From: Vicugna vicugna
Taxonomy: Eukaryota
Length of the DNA stretch: 64,000 bases
NCBI GenBank assembly: GCA_013265495.1
Contig: MU058384.1
Location: forward strand, 3,643,239-3,707,238
Direction of reading: 5' to 3'
In this document: positions 30,750-42,569 of the stretch, piece after piece
How the letters are laid out: each line of letters starts with the position of its first letter
Numbering within the stretch: the stretch's first letter is position 1
Translations under genes and position numbers: made by a program
Notes under the pieces: generated by a model
Databases searched by the model: none
Seen by the model: only the letters and a program-made list of their open reading frames with translations
Told to the model about the DNA's origin: nothing

Positions 30750-31810
30750 ATTTTTGGGAAAACTCCAAGCTCTTGCCCGGGAGCATCTTTACGACGCACA
30801 GCCCAGAAGACAGCCGGTGCGCAATGTGGTCCAATTAGCGGGTACTGGGGTAACCTCCACAGACCATCTTCAGGTGCTGTTGGTCCCGTCGGACCGGTAG
30901 GAAGGGCCACACGGGTTCAGCCAGCTCTCCAGGGCCACGTGTGCCTGCTGGCGGGGTGTGTCCTGAGGGGCGGTGGAGGAGGTGCGCTCGTAAGGAATAA
31001 GGACATGGGGCAGTAGGCACCTTCTACATGCTATTTCCGCACTGTAACTGGAAGGGACCATGCACTCTACTCCAGACCAACTCCCCACACTGGACAAAGG
31101 AGGACGGGGAGCCGGCCAGTTCCCCTGCTTTCCCCGGCGTTCTTTTGTGGCGCCGTCTACTGTCCGAAGTGCCTTCCCAACACGGGGAGGAGCTGGAGCT
31201 CGGCCGGAACCCGCCCCCGCCCCGGCGGCGCAGCGGGGCCCCGCCTCACCCGCGATGCCGTAGTGCTGCGCGGCGGCGCAGGCCAGGCGGCCCGGCAGGT
31301 ACGGGGAGAACTCGGCGGCGTAGCCGTGGCGACCCGGCACCCGCAGCGTCCGTACCGCTCCGCCGCCGAGCGCCGCGCTCATCCCACCCGCCGCCTCCGG
31401 GCCTCGCCGCCCCGGCCGCCCGAGCCGTTCAGAGCTGGTGGCTGACAGTCCGGTGTCGACGAGAGAGTTAGACCCAAGGAGACGAGGCGGAAGTGAAGAC
31501 ACCAGGGGCCTTGAAGGCTAGATTTCGATTGGTCCGCAGAGGAAAGGGGAGCGACTCCGGCGGAGGCCATTTTTGTTTCGGGCAAAACAAAGTGACTTGG
31601 CGCCCAATGTGATGAACTAGACGTGAGGGCAGTGCTTTTAGGGTTGGGTGGTGATTCTGACAACTTTGATTTTTGCGTTTGGTTTTTCCGCTGCGGGCTA
31701 TCTGGTTTTTATTAATTCATTGAGACTTTTGAAAGACTGGCATCAGGAAATGCGTTTGATGATTACAAAATGAGACAAGTTACAGCGGAGTCGGAAACCA
31801 CGCCGCGAGT
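30750..31810. promoter_or_regulatory. CpG island / PEX7 promoter
   Basis: GC- and CpG-rich across exon 1; ETS/GABP motif CGGAAGTG 31488-31495, CCAAT boxes 31528-31532 (minus) and 31604-31608, YY1-like GCCATTTT 31566-31573; boundaries approximate. Confidence 0.85.
31250..31382 (-). CDS. PEX7: PEX7 (peroxisomal PTS2 receptor, WD40) coding exon 1
   Basis: ATG at 31382-31380; translates [44 protein letters not shown](G), the PEX7 N-terminus; 133 nt; donor G|GTGAG at 31249. Confidence 0.96.
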
Positions 31811-32970
31811 CCAAAAGGCAGTTGAGTGCTGTGTTGCCCAAGGTAACTGGAAGCAAAGTTAATTCAGTGGGAGTGAAACTAAGGAAAAAGACATCATAAA
31901 CAACTAACGTTTTAAATTTTTTAAATTCTTACTACGTTTATTGTATAGTAATATGTGCTCAGATCCCAGGGCTGATTAAGAAAAACTAAGGCTCATTCAT
32001 TCAAACATTTACCAGGCATGTACCATGTAGAGTACCATGTATTACTTATCTGCCGAATAAGACACTTTTGAGAGTGAAAGAGAGTAGAGTTAATAATTAA
32101 GCCAGTTCAACAGGCACAAACCTAGTCTGATGGCCACTTTATAAACCAAGTACAGAGCTAAGCACTTGGGATTCAAAAATAATAAGATACAATGCGTGTC
32201 ATCAGTTAAGTGTAATCAAAATACATATAGGTGGTATGAGAAATATATAGGGAGTATTTTTTTCCAAGGAATTCTCAGTGCTGGAGGATGGGGGCTATGG
32301 GAGGAAAAACTTCAGAAATAATGTTTGTGTAAATAATGATGAGGAAGACAAGGAGATGGAGGTCATTATAAGAGCAGGAATAACAGGAGACCTCAAACAG
32401 TGTGATCCATAGACTAGCTGCTGGCAATCAGCCTGTCCAGATGCAAGGGGTATGCTGAAGAGACTAGAATGTTGTACTGGGTCATGAAGAGTGCCATACC
32501 AAGGGAATTCGATTTCAACTGTAATTTAAACAATGGGGGAACCATCGAAGTTTTCTAATGTGAGAAATTAAATGACTAAGTTTTCATTTTAAAAGCTTCT
32601 GTGGCAACACAAAACTGGAAGACAGAGATTGGAGATAGGGAGGCCAGTTAAAAGACTAGCAAGAGTTCAAGCAAAAGATAGTAAGAATTTAAACAAAGAT
32701 TATGGTAATGGGAGTGAAAAAAATCAAACTCCACAGTATTGTGAGATTTATCTCTAGGAGGTCAACCAGGTTATCACAGTAAATTTCAGAGAAAAATCAC
32801 TTTGTGCTTCCTAAAAGGAAGGAGAAAAAGAATCATTTTGAAATACACCAGAGCATTCTGTTCTTAACAAGGCCTACCCTCAGGGAAAACTAGTTAACCA
32901 GAGCCTAACCTAGGGTATTACTGAGCCTAACTAAGCTGAAAATTCCCTTGTGCCCCTTTTCAGTCAGGAC

Positions 32971-33529
32971 TGCCTGAAATTTCAATACAGAAATTTATTG
33001 CCTGTGAGTTTTTAAATTGATTACTTTGAAGATTCTTCTTTTAAATGCAAGTAGGCTATAAGACAAAGAATATTGAGTTTTAATATCAATTTGCCCTTTA
33101 CTTCTCAGTCCTATACTTTCTCTAGGTTCTTGTTTCTTCCTATGTAAAATGGAAAAGTTTCAACTGAATGGGAAAGTTCCACTTCTAGCTAGGAGATCTT
33201 AAAGGCTACAACAGGGTTAGATAAACTAATCTAAATATTTCAAGAGCCAAACAGGAATTGTACACTTATAATTCTGCAGCCAAGGCCAGCCTAAAATTCT
33301 AATTTCCTTTGTTTTTAGGCTGAAATTATATGAATGCAGTGTGTAGACTCATTTTCTGATGTTTATATTATCTTCTGATTGATTGCTTATGAAAACATGA
33401 CATTTCTGGGGCTCATGGAGGAAAAAGAATTGAAAAGATTTATAGGTGATAAACAGGTTGATCTCTAAGTTTCTGCGCAGCCAAGAGGTTTAAAGAATAG
33501 AGTTGCTGCCTGTCATGCCCACCTTATTG
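32971..33529 (+). repeat. Local duplication, copy 1 (paralog of 40686-41235)
   Basis: Collinear similarity over about 560 bp, including identical 46-bp and 29-bp blocks. Confidence 0.93.
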
Positions 33530-34863
33530 GGATAGTTGAAAAAATATGAATGGTGGTTAGATTAAAGCTATCACTATACTTCCACTAAAAATACCTTTTG
33601 CATCAATTTGTGTCCCAAGTTTGGTGACTGTGCAGTGATTACTAAGAGAATGCCCTTATTCTTAGGAAATGTTTAAGAGGAAGAGGTAACGGGAAGTACA
33701 AAAAGAATAACTCTTCACATGGTGCAGAAAAAAATAAAGAATATAGACATGCACAATAGAGGGAATGATAAAACAAGTGTGGTTTAAAATGTTAAAAATG
33801 TGATAATCTGGATAAAAGATATATGGGTATTTTATGTATTATTCTTATAATTTTTCTGTAAGTTTGAAATTTCTACAACGAAAAGGTTTTCTTAAGTATA
33901 TGATTAAATATTTTGTTAATTCAGACTTTGTCCAATTAGTTTGAATTAGAAAGAAATGGCTCTAATTTGTTAAGCAGTACCCTGGGAAACCTGTGAAAAA
34001 TTCTTATACTGATGCTCACATGGTCCCTGTGGGTGAATCACATACCAGAAATGTCTATGGTGGGGTTCTGCTTGGGACTTCTGACTTATGTAAATTTGAG
34101 AGCTTAAGTTTGAGAAGAAGAGCACAAGTTTCCTACTACTTAAGTCTAGAATAAAACAGAACTCATACACTTTGTATTTCAGAGCTGGAAATGTCAATGA
34201 GGAAATCGAGGTCAACTATAATTGCCATGATGACTAAGTGTCATAGAGACTCAATATGGTGACCTAGAGCTGACCTCAGGGAGGAATCACAGTCAGATCA
34301 GAATCGCTCATTTCTAGGATTCTTTGTAAGGCTGACTCAGTAATTTCTAAATCTTACCTTGCAATGAATGCAAACCTAGGTCACTACATACATTTCATTT
34401 TCTCAGATAAATATGCAGTACAGTACCAAGCTATTTCTCAGGACTGTGTGTGTATTCATATATTCCTAAGAAAGATAAGATCAGGTAGAAAACAACTTAC
34501 CAAATACAAAGGGAATGTATATGATCATCTTAAATGTGAGTATCAGACATTAAAAATCTGGTATGTTCATTACCTGCCTTGGATTCCTTAGCTCTGGAAA
34601 AGAGCATATTCTTCAAAAGCTATCATTTTCACTAACTAAGAAGTAGAAACAGCACTGATTTCCTTCAAACCTGTTCAAAAAGGGAGGCATGCTTTCATGT
34701 GAAAGGTAGAGAAATCTTAGAAGTTGCCTAGCATTCCTCTCCTAGCCTCTGGGCTCCCTGATGTTGTATAAAACAGCTTTATTCACAGTAAAATAAAAAA
34801 AAATCACTACATTCTAAGTCAATTCATTGCAAATAATGGTGAATACAAATTTTAGCTCAGATA

Positions 34864-35002
34864 TTTTATTATTTATTTATTTTTATTGGTGGGAGAGGTA
34901 GTTAGGTTTACTTATTTATTTTTACAGAAGGTTCTGGAGACTGAACCCAGTACCTTTTGTATGCTAAGCTTGTGTTCTACCACTTGAGCTATACCCTCCC
35001 CC
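34864..35002 (-). mobile_element. tRNA-derived SINE, vic-1-like
   Basis: Same family; TSD ctcagata at 34856-34863 and 35003-35010. Confidence 0.8.
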
Positions 35003-35149
35003 CTCAGATACTGTTGACTGTATGATTTTGAGCAAATAATTCCTCTCTTTGAGCATTAGTTTCTTCATAAAATAGAGCTTCTTGAGAGAGGTAAGCAGAA
35101 CAGTGAGAGTTCTTGAAACCATATGACAGAGAATTGTTAAAAGAACTGG

Positions 35150-36022
35150 GATACCACTACGCACCTATAACAATGACCAAAATCTGGAACATTGACAACA
35201 CCAAGTGTTGGTGAGGGTGTGGAGCAGCAGGAACTCTCATCGATTGCCCATGGAATGCAAAATGGTACAGACACTTTGGAAGACAGTTTGACAGTTCCTT
35301 ACAAAACTAAACACACTCTTACTATACAATCCAACAATTATGCTCCTTGGTATTTACCCACAGAACAGAAGTTGAAAACATGTCCACACAATAACCTGCA
35401 TGTGGATATTTATAGCAGCTTTATTCATAACTGCCAAAACTTGGAAGCAACCAAGATGTCTTTCAATAAATAAACTGTGGTACATCCAAATAATGAAATA
35501 TTGTTCAGCACTAAAAATAAATGAGCTATCAAGTCATGAAGAGACATGGAAGGACTATATGTACATGTTACTATGTGAAAAAACTCCATTCTGAAAAGGC
35601 TACATACTTTATGATTCCAACTATAGCATTCTGGAAAAAGCAAAATTATGGAGACAGAAAAAAGATCAGTGAATGCTAGGGGGTGGGAGTTGGGAGGAAT
35701 GAACAGGCAGAGCATAGAGGATTTTTAGGGCCCTGAAAATATTCTGTATGATACCGTAATGATGGATGCATGTCATCATACATTTGTCCAAATGCACAGA
35801 ATATGCAAAACACCAAGACTGAACCTTGTGTAAACTGTAGACCTTGGGTGATTATGATGTGTCAATGCAGGTTCATCACTTGTAACAAATGTACCCCTTT
35901 GGTGGGAGATGTTTACAGTAGGGGAGGCAATAGCATGTGCAGGGGCAGGAAATCTCTGTACCTTCCTCTCAATTTTGCTGTGAACCTAAAACTGCTTCAA
36001 AAAATAGTCTTAATTTTTTAAA
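35150..36022 (+). mobile_element. L1 (L1MC/L1MB-like) ORF2 end plus 3' UTR
   Basis: Decayed ORF2 C-terminal motif FIAALFITAKTWKQPRC in ORF 35400..35594, followed by L1 3'UTR. Confidence 0.85.
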
Positions 36023-38144
36023 AAGTCTAGTGCATTGAAAATAAATTTTAATGGCAATTAATGTTCTTAAGTAAATTGGAAAGTTTTAGAACTTAATTTT
36101 ATTCTCCACTACCCTTCAGAGAGAAAAACTTTCAAAAAGCTAAAAAGGAAAATAAGATCCCTCTCTCCCATCTCACTAACACGGATTGCCTACAGATTTC
36201 TTCTGAAAGATTCTTTTGTTCCCTACACCCACTAACTTTCCTGGGTGTTCTTTAATGCTGCCCCCTACGCAGGAAAAGTCTTTGCTTTCTTATCCCGCAA
36301 GCTAAATCTCTGTCCTCTTTCAAATCCTCCCTCAAGGTTGACTACTTCCAGAAATTCTAACTCATCTCTAAAATAATGTCCACATTTGAAACGAACATGC
36401 ATCTAATATAGTTTGTAAGAATTGTAATTGCTTTTCTTATTTTCTCCTTTTGCGGGGGTGGGTTGTAGAGGTCATATCCTTTTTGTGACAAATTTAATGC
36501 ATAAAATATTTATCGGGATAACAATTATTAAAGGATTTTTAATGAAGACAGAAGTGGACTGAATGTCAAAACAGGAGTCTCTGATTTGTGTTTTGGGACG
36601 CATTGCTTTACATTTTGGTACTCTCTCATGTATGAAAGAAGTGTGATAGATTCTGACTCTTTTTATCTCTTAATGTCATGACTCCAAGTTATTGCAGTTG
36701 AAGGTTATTTTTATTCAAAGCAAAACCACCAGACTGTAGCCACACTTTATCCCAAAACTTGGATTCTGTATCTCATAGACAACAGAATAACATTTCCTGT
36801 TAAAGGTGAGTTAATTTTAGGTAGCATCGTAATCCAAAGCTTAATTCAGAGAGTAAATGTCACTGAAAATCTTGCTCCTCAGGAAGCAAAAATGGTGCCA
36901 CAAAATTAAGAGACATGAAATGGCCTTGATTTGATTTTCTTTAAAATTGTACTAGTTATTCTTAAGACTCACCCAAGTATTAAGAATATGTAGGCATTTT
37001 CTTGTGTGTTTTACAATTTAAAAAAAATACATACATGTGGTTAAAAAATTATTCAGATTGTACACTGAGAAGCAGTCTCCCTCTTACTGTAACTTTTCAG
37101 TGCCCTCCCTCAGAGAGAAATATATTGTTTACTAAAAAAGGCAAAGTGTAGAACAGTGCTTTAATATGCCTCCATTTGTGTTTTCAAAATGTGTGTCTGT
37201 ATGTAGATGTCCTGCTCTTACATTAGACTATTCTCTGAAAAGAAACACAAGGAAGCTGGTAATAGTGGTTGCCACAGGGAAGAAAAATGAAGCCACTAGG
37301 AGGCAAGATGGAATCAAGACTTACTAGTCAGTGTATACTTTTTTGTCTTTTAATTTTATACCATATGCGCCTATCAGCTAAAAAAATTCCCACAATGTAT
37401 CTCGGAGACCATTCCAAATCCACACACAGTTTTATCCCATAGTTTTTTAACAATACAGAAATGCCTTAATTTAGTCCAAACTACATATATTCAGTTTTAC
37501 CCAAAATAATGCTGCTGAGAGCAAGCTTTGGAATTAAGCCAATCAGGGTTGAAATCTAGGCTCCACCTTTGTAACTTCAACTGTGGGTGAGCCACTTCAC
37601 TTCAATTTCCTTCTCTGTGAATGCATACAGTAATAGCCTTTAGGGCTGTTAATAAGGATTGAATGAGCAAATTATGCAAAGGGCCTAGTAACAGGCCAGG
37701 CACAAAGTAAGCGCTCGGTGAAGTTTATATTTCTTTCTCCATTGGCTTTTTAGTTATCTGAAAAAGTTGATTAAATGCTTAAAATAGAAAGACAAAGGTA
37801 TGTTTTTATTCTTGTCATTATTACTGTCTTAATGTTTGTAGTAGCATTCTGAAGAAATAAATACTGAAAAGTAAGTATTAAATTAAATGGGATCCAAGAT
37901 CACATACACTTTGAAAGGAAACTTGCCTTTTTTTTTTTTCAGGTAGTTAAATGAGGGAAGTGAGAGAGCTTGACTCAATTATCCAGTCTTATTGTCTGCT
38001 AAGTGATCCAATTTGAATAATTTTGGCCCCAAATGAGGAAGCTATTTGACACATTAAACTAACACATAGCATATGTAGTTTACCCGCTGTGCTGCCACAG
38101 TTGTCCAGTATTGACTGCAGAACACTGCTCTCTGTGTTACTATT

Positions 38145-38533
38145 TGTGGTGGTCTGAGTTGTGTGTCCACCTCCCCCAATTTATATGTTGAAGCCCCATT
38201 TGCCAATGAGACTATGTTTGGAGATAGAGCCTTTATGGAGGTGATTAAGGTTAAATGAAGTCCCAAGAGTGAGGCCCTAAGCCAAAAAGATGGGAGTCAT
38301 TATACGAAGAGGAAGAGACACCAGAGCTCTTTCTCTCTGTCCATACACAGGGGAACAGCCATGGGAGGACACAGCGAGAGGGTGGCCACTGACAAGCCAG
38401 AAAGAGACCTCTCTGCATTTGCCAGAACCTTGATCATGGACTTCTAGCCTCCAGAACTGTAAGAAAACAAACGGCCGTTGTTTAAGCCACCTAGTGTGCG
38501 GTATTTTGTTACAGCAGCCTGAGTAGACTGATA
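38145..38533 (+). mobile_element. ERVL-MaLR solo LTR (MLT1A/B/C-like)
   Basis: tgtggtggtctgagttgtgtgtcc...gacttctagcctccagaactgtaagaaaa...tattttgttacagcagcc signature. Confidence 0.8.
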
Positions 38534-40685
38534 AAGAGTACTGAAGGAATTCCCCTCTGTCAGGACGTCTGGAAAATATGCTGTTGCTTTCGTGTGTATA
38601 TATATGCCTATCTTCTATCAAACGTGTATCTAAGACAAAAAAAAGTACAAATTCAGAATCCTTTCAAGTTATGTAGTATTACTCTAGCAGTTAAAGAAAA
38701 TGCTGTGACAGTAATTGAAATTAATCACCTTCAGTTTACAAATTAGGAAACTCAGGCCAGAAGAAAAGAAGGCTCTTTCACAACTGAGCCAGAACTGAGC
38801 ATAATCCAGGTGCCCAGAGCTCTTACCACCACACCCACTGCTTTAGAGCCCTGGGTCTTTCCCATTCCTGGGGCTAAGGAGAGGGGGGAGAAGCTGACTG
38901 TTCTCTCACCTCCCTGCAATATCATTCAGAGGCCAAAGAGTTCAGGACACACACTATCTTATCTGAACCAAATGCAGGACCTCTTAGAGAAGTCCTTTTT
39001 CTCTCTTATTTAGGAAATCAGTGGAGATCTTTTTGATTCAGATTATAAACACATTCAGGAATTTGCAGGTTATTCTGAGAACCAAGAATGGTAGATTTCA
39101 CTCAGTGAAATGAGTGACAGCCCATAACCCACATTCCTTAAATAACTGTCTAGGTAGGATAAGCACTCAAAAAATTTAAAGATGGGTAGAAGTCTAATAT
39201 TTAAAGTTGGGGTTTATAGATACGATTTTTTACAAAAGCACTTACAACAACCCCAAAAGTACTGTATATATATTATGCTGCTGTCTTATGATGCTCTAAA
39301 GTTTCTCCTTGTACACCTGTCTATCCATCTATCTACCTACCCACCTAACATCTCTCTATTTATAGATAGATATATACACATCCACACACATCATATTGAA
39401 GATTAAGATATATGTGACAAAGACATTTGCTTATCCAATATCCATGCTCTCCTTCCCTGCTAATAAAATCCCTAAATTATTGGTTGCATATACATGCCCA
39501 GGTTTAAAGCTACAGTTTCCAGCCTCCCTGGCAGATATCCTTTATCTAAGTGAACATAGTTGGGTGAGGCTTCTAGGAAAACTATTTTAAAAGAGCTGAT
39601 TAGCATGAAGTCACACTCTTTTGCCTTCATTACCCTACTTTCTGCTGCCTGGAACATGGACATGATGGCTGGACTAAATCAGTCATTTTCTGATTATGAG
39701 GTGATGCTGAGGACGGAAGCTATGAGATAGGGCTGAGAAAGAACAAAAGGTGAAGGAGTCAGGATCCTTAGCGACATTGGAGCCACCAAAGAAACTTTGG
39801 GCTGACTAAATGTGAACTTTTTACATGAGAGAAAAATGTATATGTATTTTGAGTTCAGTTATTTTGGATTTTTATTATATGTAATAACTGGAGTACATAT
39901 TCCATGAGGGCAGGAATCTGCCTGCTACGTTCAGTGGTATATCCCAGGGACTCAAAATAGACATTCAGGAAACACTGTTGCTGAGTGACTGCAGCATAAT
40001 ACAAGTCTAAACTCTCACTGTAGTTTTAGAAATAGCGCAAAGAGTAAACTTGGAAAATTCTGGAGTTTTTTGCAGTGCTAAAAAGAAGTTAATAAAATGT
40101 TGAAGTGAGCAAACCCAAAGCAGCTGGAACCTTGGCCAAGAGTGGTGCAGAAAGATTTATCCAGTCTAAGCTAAAAATAGTGTGGTCTCTCTGGGAAGGA
40201 CAGAGACTAGTTCCAGCTAGAGTAAACTGTTTATGGTGATCCTGACCATGGAAAAAATTCTGAAAGGCTCTGGGGTATTAGCCACTCCTTCCCTAGCAAT
40301 ATGTGACCATAGCGTTGTAAAATATTTCATCCCACAGGCTAGGTTTTCTAGAATAAAAACAATTAAACATATAAATAAATAAAACACACTCCTATACTGG
40401 ATTTTAGGCACCTTGAAGTTAAGTCCAGGTCTAATTTGTTTTGTATCTCCAGAACTTAAAGAATGCTTAGTGTACAGTGAGCCTTCCATAAATGTTTGAC
40501 AAATTGAATTGAATTGGACAATTGGGGGATTGGAGACATGAAATATTTCTTATTGAGGGATTGGAGACATGAAATATTTCCTATCTTCTCCTGTCTCTCC
40601 CCTCCCCTCTCTTCGCACCCACACCTGTACTCTCCAAGTGGAGTCTGGACTTTGCTGGGGTGTAGGTGGAATTAGACTTAAGAAT

Positions 40686-41235
40686 TGCCTGAAATTCCAG
40701 TACTAGAAATTTATTCCCTATGACTTTTTTAATTAATTACTTGACAATTCCTCTTTAAAATGCAAGTAAGCATTGGGACAGAGAATCCTGAGTGTTCATC
40801 TCAATTTGCCCTTTAATTCTCAATTCCATATTTTCCTGAGATTTTTATTTCTTCCTGTATAAAATGGAAAAGTTTCAACTGGATCAGTCATTTCTAGCTA
40901 GGAGGTCTTGACACCTATAACAAGGTTAGATAAACTAATCTAAATATTTCAAGAGCCAAACAGGAATTGCACATTTATAATTCTACAGCAAAGGCCAGCC
41001 TAAAGTTTGAATTTTCTTTGTTTTTAGGCTGAAATTATACGAATGCAGTGCAGTTACACTTATTCCCTGACATTGATATTAACTTCTGATTAACTGCTTA
41101 TGAAATCTGACATTTCTGGGGCTCATGGAGGAAAAAAATTAAAGGTTTATAGGTATTAAAGAGGTTGATCTCTAAGATTCTGCACAACCAAGAAGACTAA
41201 GACTTAGGGTTCTCTCTGTCATGCACACCTTATTG
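40686..41235 (+). repeat. Local duplication, copy 2 (paralog of 32971-33529)
   Basis: Same orientation as copy 1, 7.7 kb downstream. Confidence 0.93.
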
Positions 41236-41240
41236 TGACT

Positions 41241-41731
41241 CTTCTTTCTGCTTTACTGGGGTATAATTGATACATAGTAACTGTATATATTTATACATAT
41301 TTTTCTATATATATATGCACATTGTGAAATGATCTCTACAATCAAACTAGTTAAAATATCTATCACCTCACATAGTTAACATGCATATACGTGTGTGGTG
41401 AGAACACTTAAGATCTACCCTCTTGGCAAATTTTGGGTATACAATACATTATTGTTAACTATAGTCATTACGCTGTACATTAGATCTCCAGAACTATTCA
41501 TCTTGCATAACTGGAACTTTGTTATCCTTTAACCAACATTTCCCCATTTCCCCCACTGCCATCCCCTGGAAACCATCATTCTACTCTGTGCTTCTATGAG
41601 TTCAACTATTGTAGATTCCACATGTAAGCAAGATCATGCACTATTTTTGTCTTTCTGTGTCTGGTTTATTTCACTTATCAGAGTGTCACAAATCACAGGC
41701 TTTCTTTCCTCTTAACGGCTGAATAATATTC
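41241..41731 (-). mobile_element. L1 (L1MA/MB-like) 3' end
   Basis: Antisense L1 3'UTR; approximate TSD ccttattgtg(a/c)ct at about 41228 and 41732; abuts the right end of duplication copy 2. Confidence 0.8.
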
Positions 41732-42569
41732 CCTTATTGTGCCTTTTAACAGAGAGGACAGAGGATACCAGGCCATTCAAGGCCAGCAGAGAGACCACTT
41801 CCAGTACTTAGAACAGAGCATTAGCAGCACTTAGAAAGAGCTCCCTTTATTCTCACAATATGCTTGTCTACCACCTGTCCTCATCATCATTTCCTGGTGC
41901 TTGGCTTTTCACAACTAAGACAGGAAATGTTTTCATCAAAACACTCATTAAGCCTCAGAGTTGTGTAACTTCTAAACCTGGCCAATGCTGTGGAAGAGTA
42001 ACAAAAATTATGTAGGTGGGCATGGCTAGATGTAAGGTTTCTGTAAGGATCTACAATTATATTTAAATTGCTTTGCTCTTATAACTGCTATGGTGACCTC
42101 ATAAAGACTCTAACTGCAAATATTTACCAACCCACATCTTTTTTTGAAACTAGTTGATCTTTCCCATGGAGATAGACAGGAAGTAAAATAATTGAAATAC
42201 ATGGTCTTTCCACCCGGGTGAATTATTATCCTAGGTCAATGAACAGGTTGCTATGTTTGAGGCTGCATATGCTAGTTAGTAGAAAGAATTCCAGAAAAGG
42301 AGAGGTAATTTCTTTTTTCCTTTTAGTTCTGTGCAGCATTGTGGTGGGCACATAGTAAGCCTTTAATCAGTGTTTGCTTGATGGTAACATAATCTTCATC
42401 CAAACATTTTAAACATTATCTTCAAATATGATGGATATTTGGACTAATGAACTTTAAAGGCCCTTCAAGCTCTGAGAGTCCATAATTGTGCAGTAATTGT
42501 CTATATTACTCATTGTATATCACTCATCACTTATTATTTTAGTTATTTCCTGTTAAAAGTTTTTAAATC

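Noticed and set aside
30640..31020. Protein-looking short ORFs in PEX7 intron 1 (e.g. MHVFLGRQQKVKAELDQFRVAFLGKLQ)
   Set aside because: No recognisable homology or processed-pseudogene hallmarks; CpG-island shore. A BLASTX hit would reopen this
31383..31502. 40-codon in-frame extension upstream of the PEX7 ATG
   Set aside because: Short, GC-rich, no good-context near-cognate start, and probably overlapping the TSS
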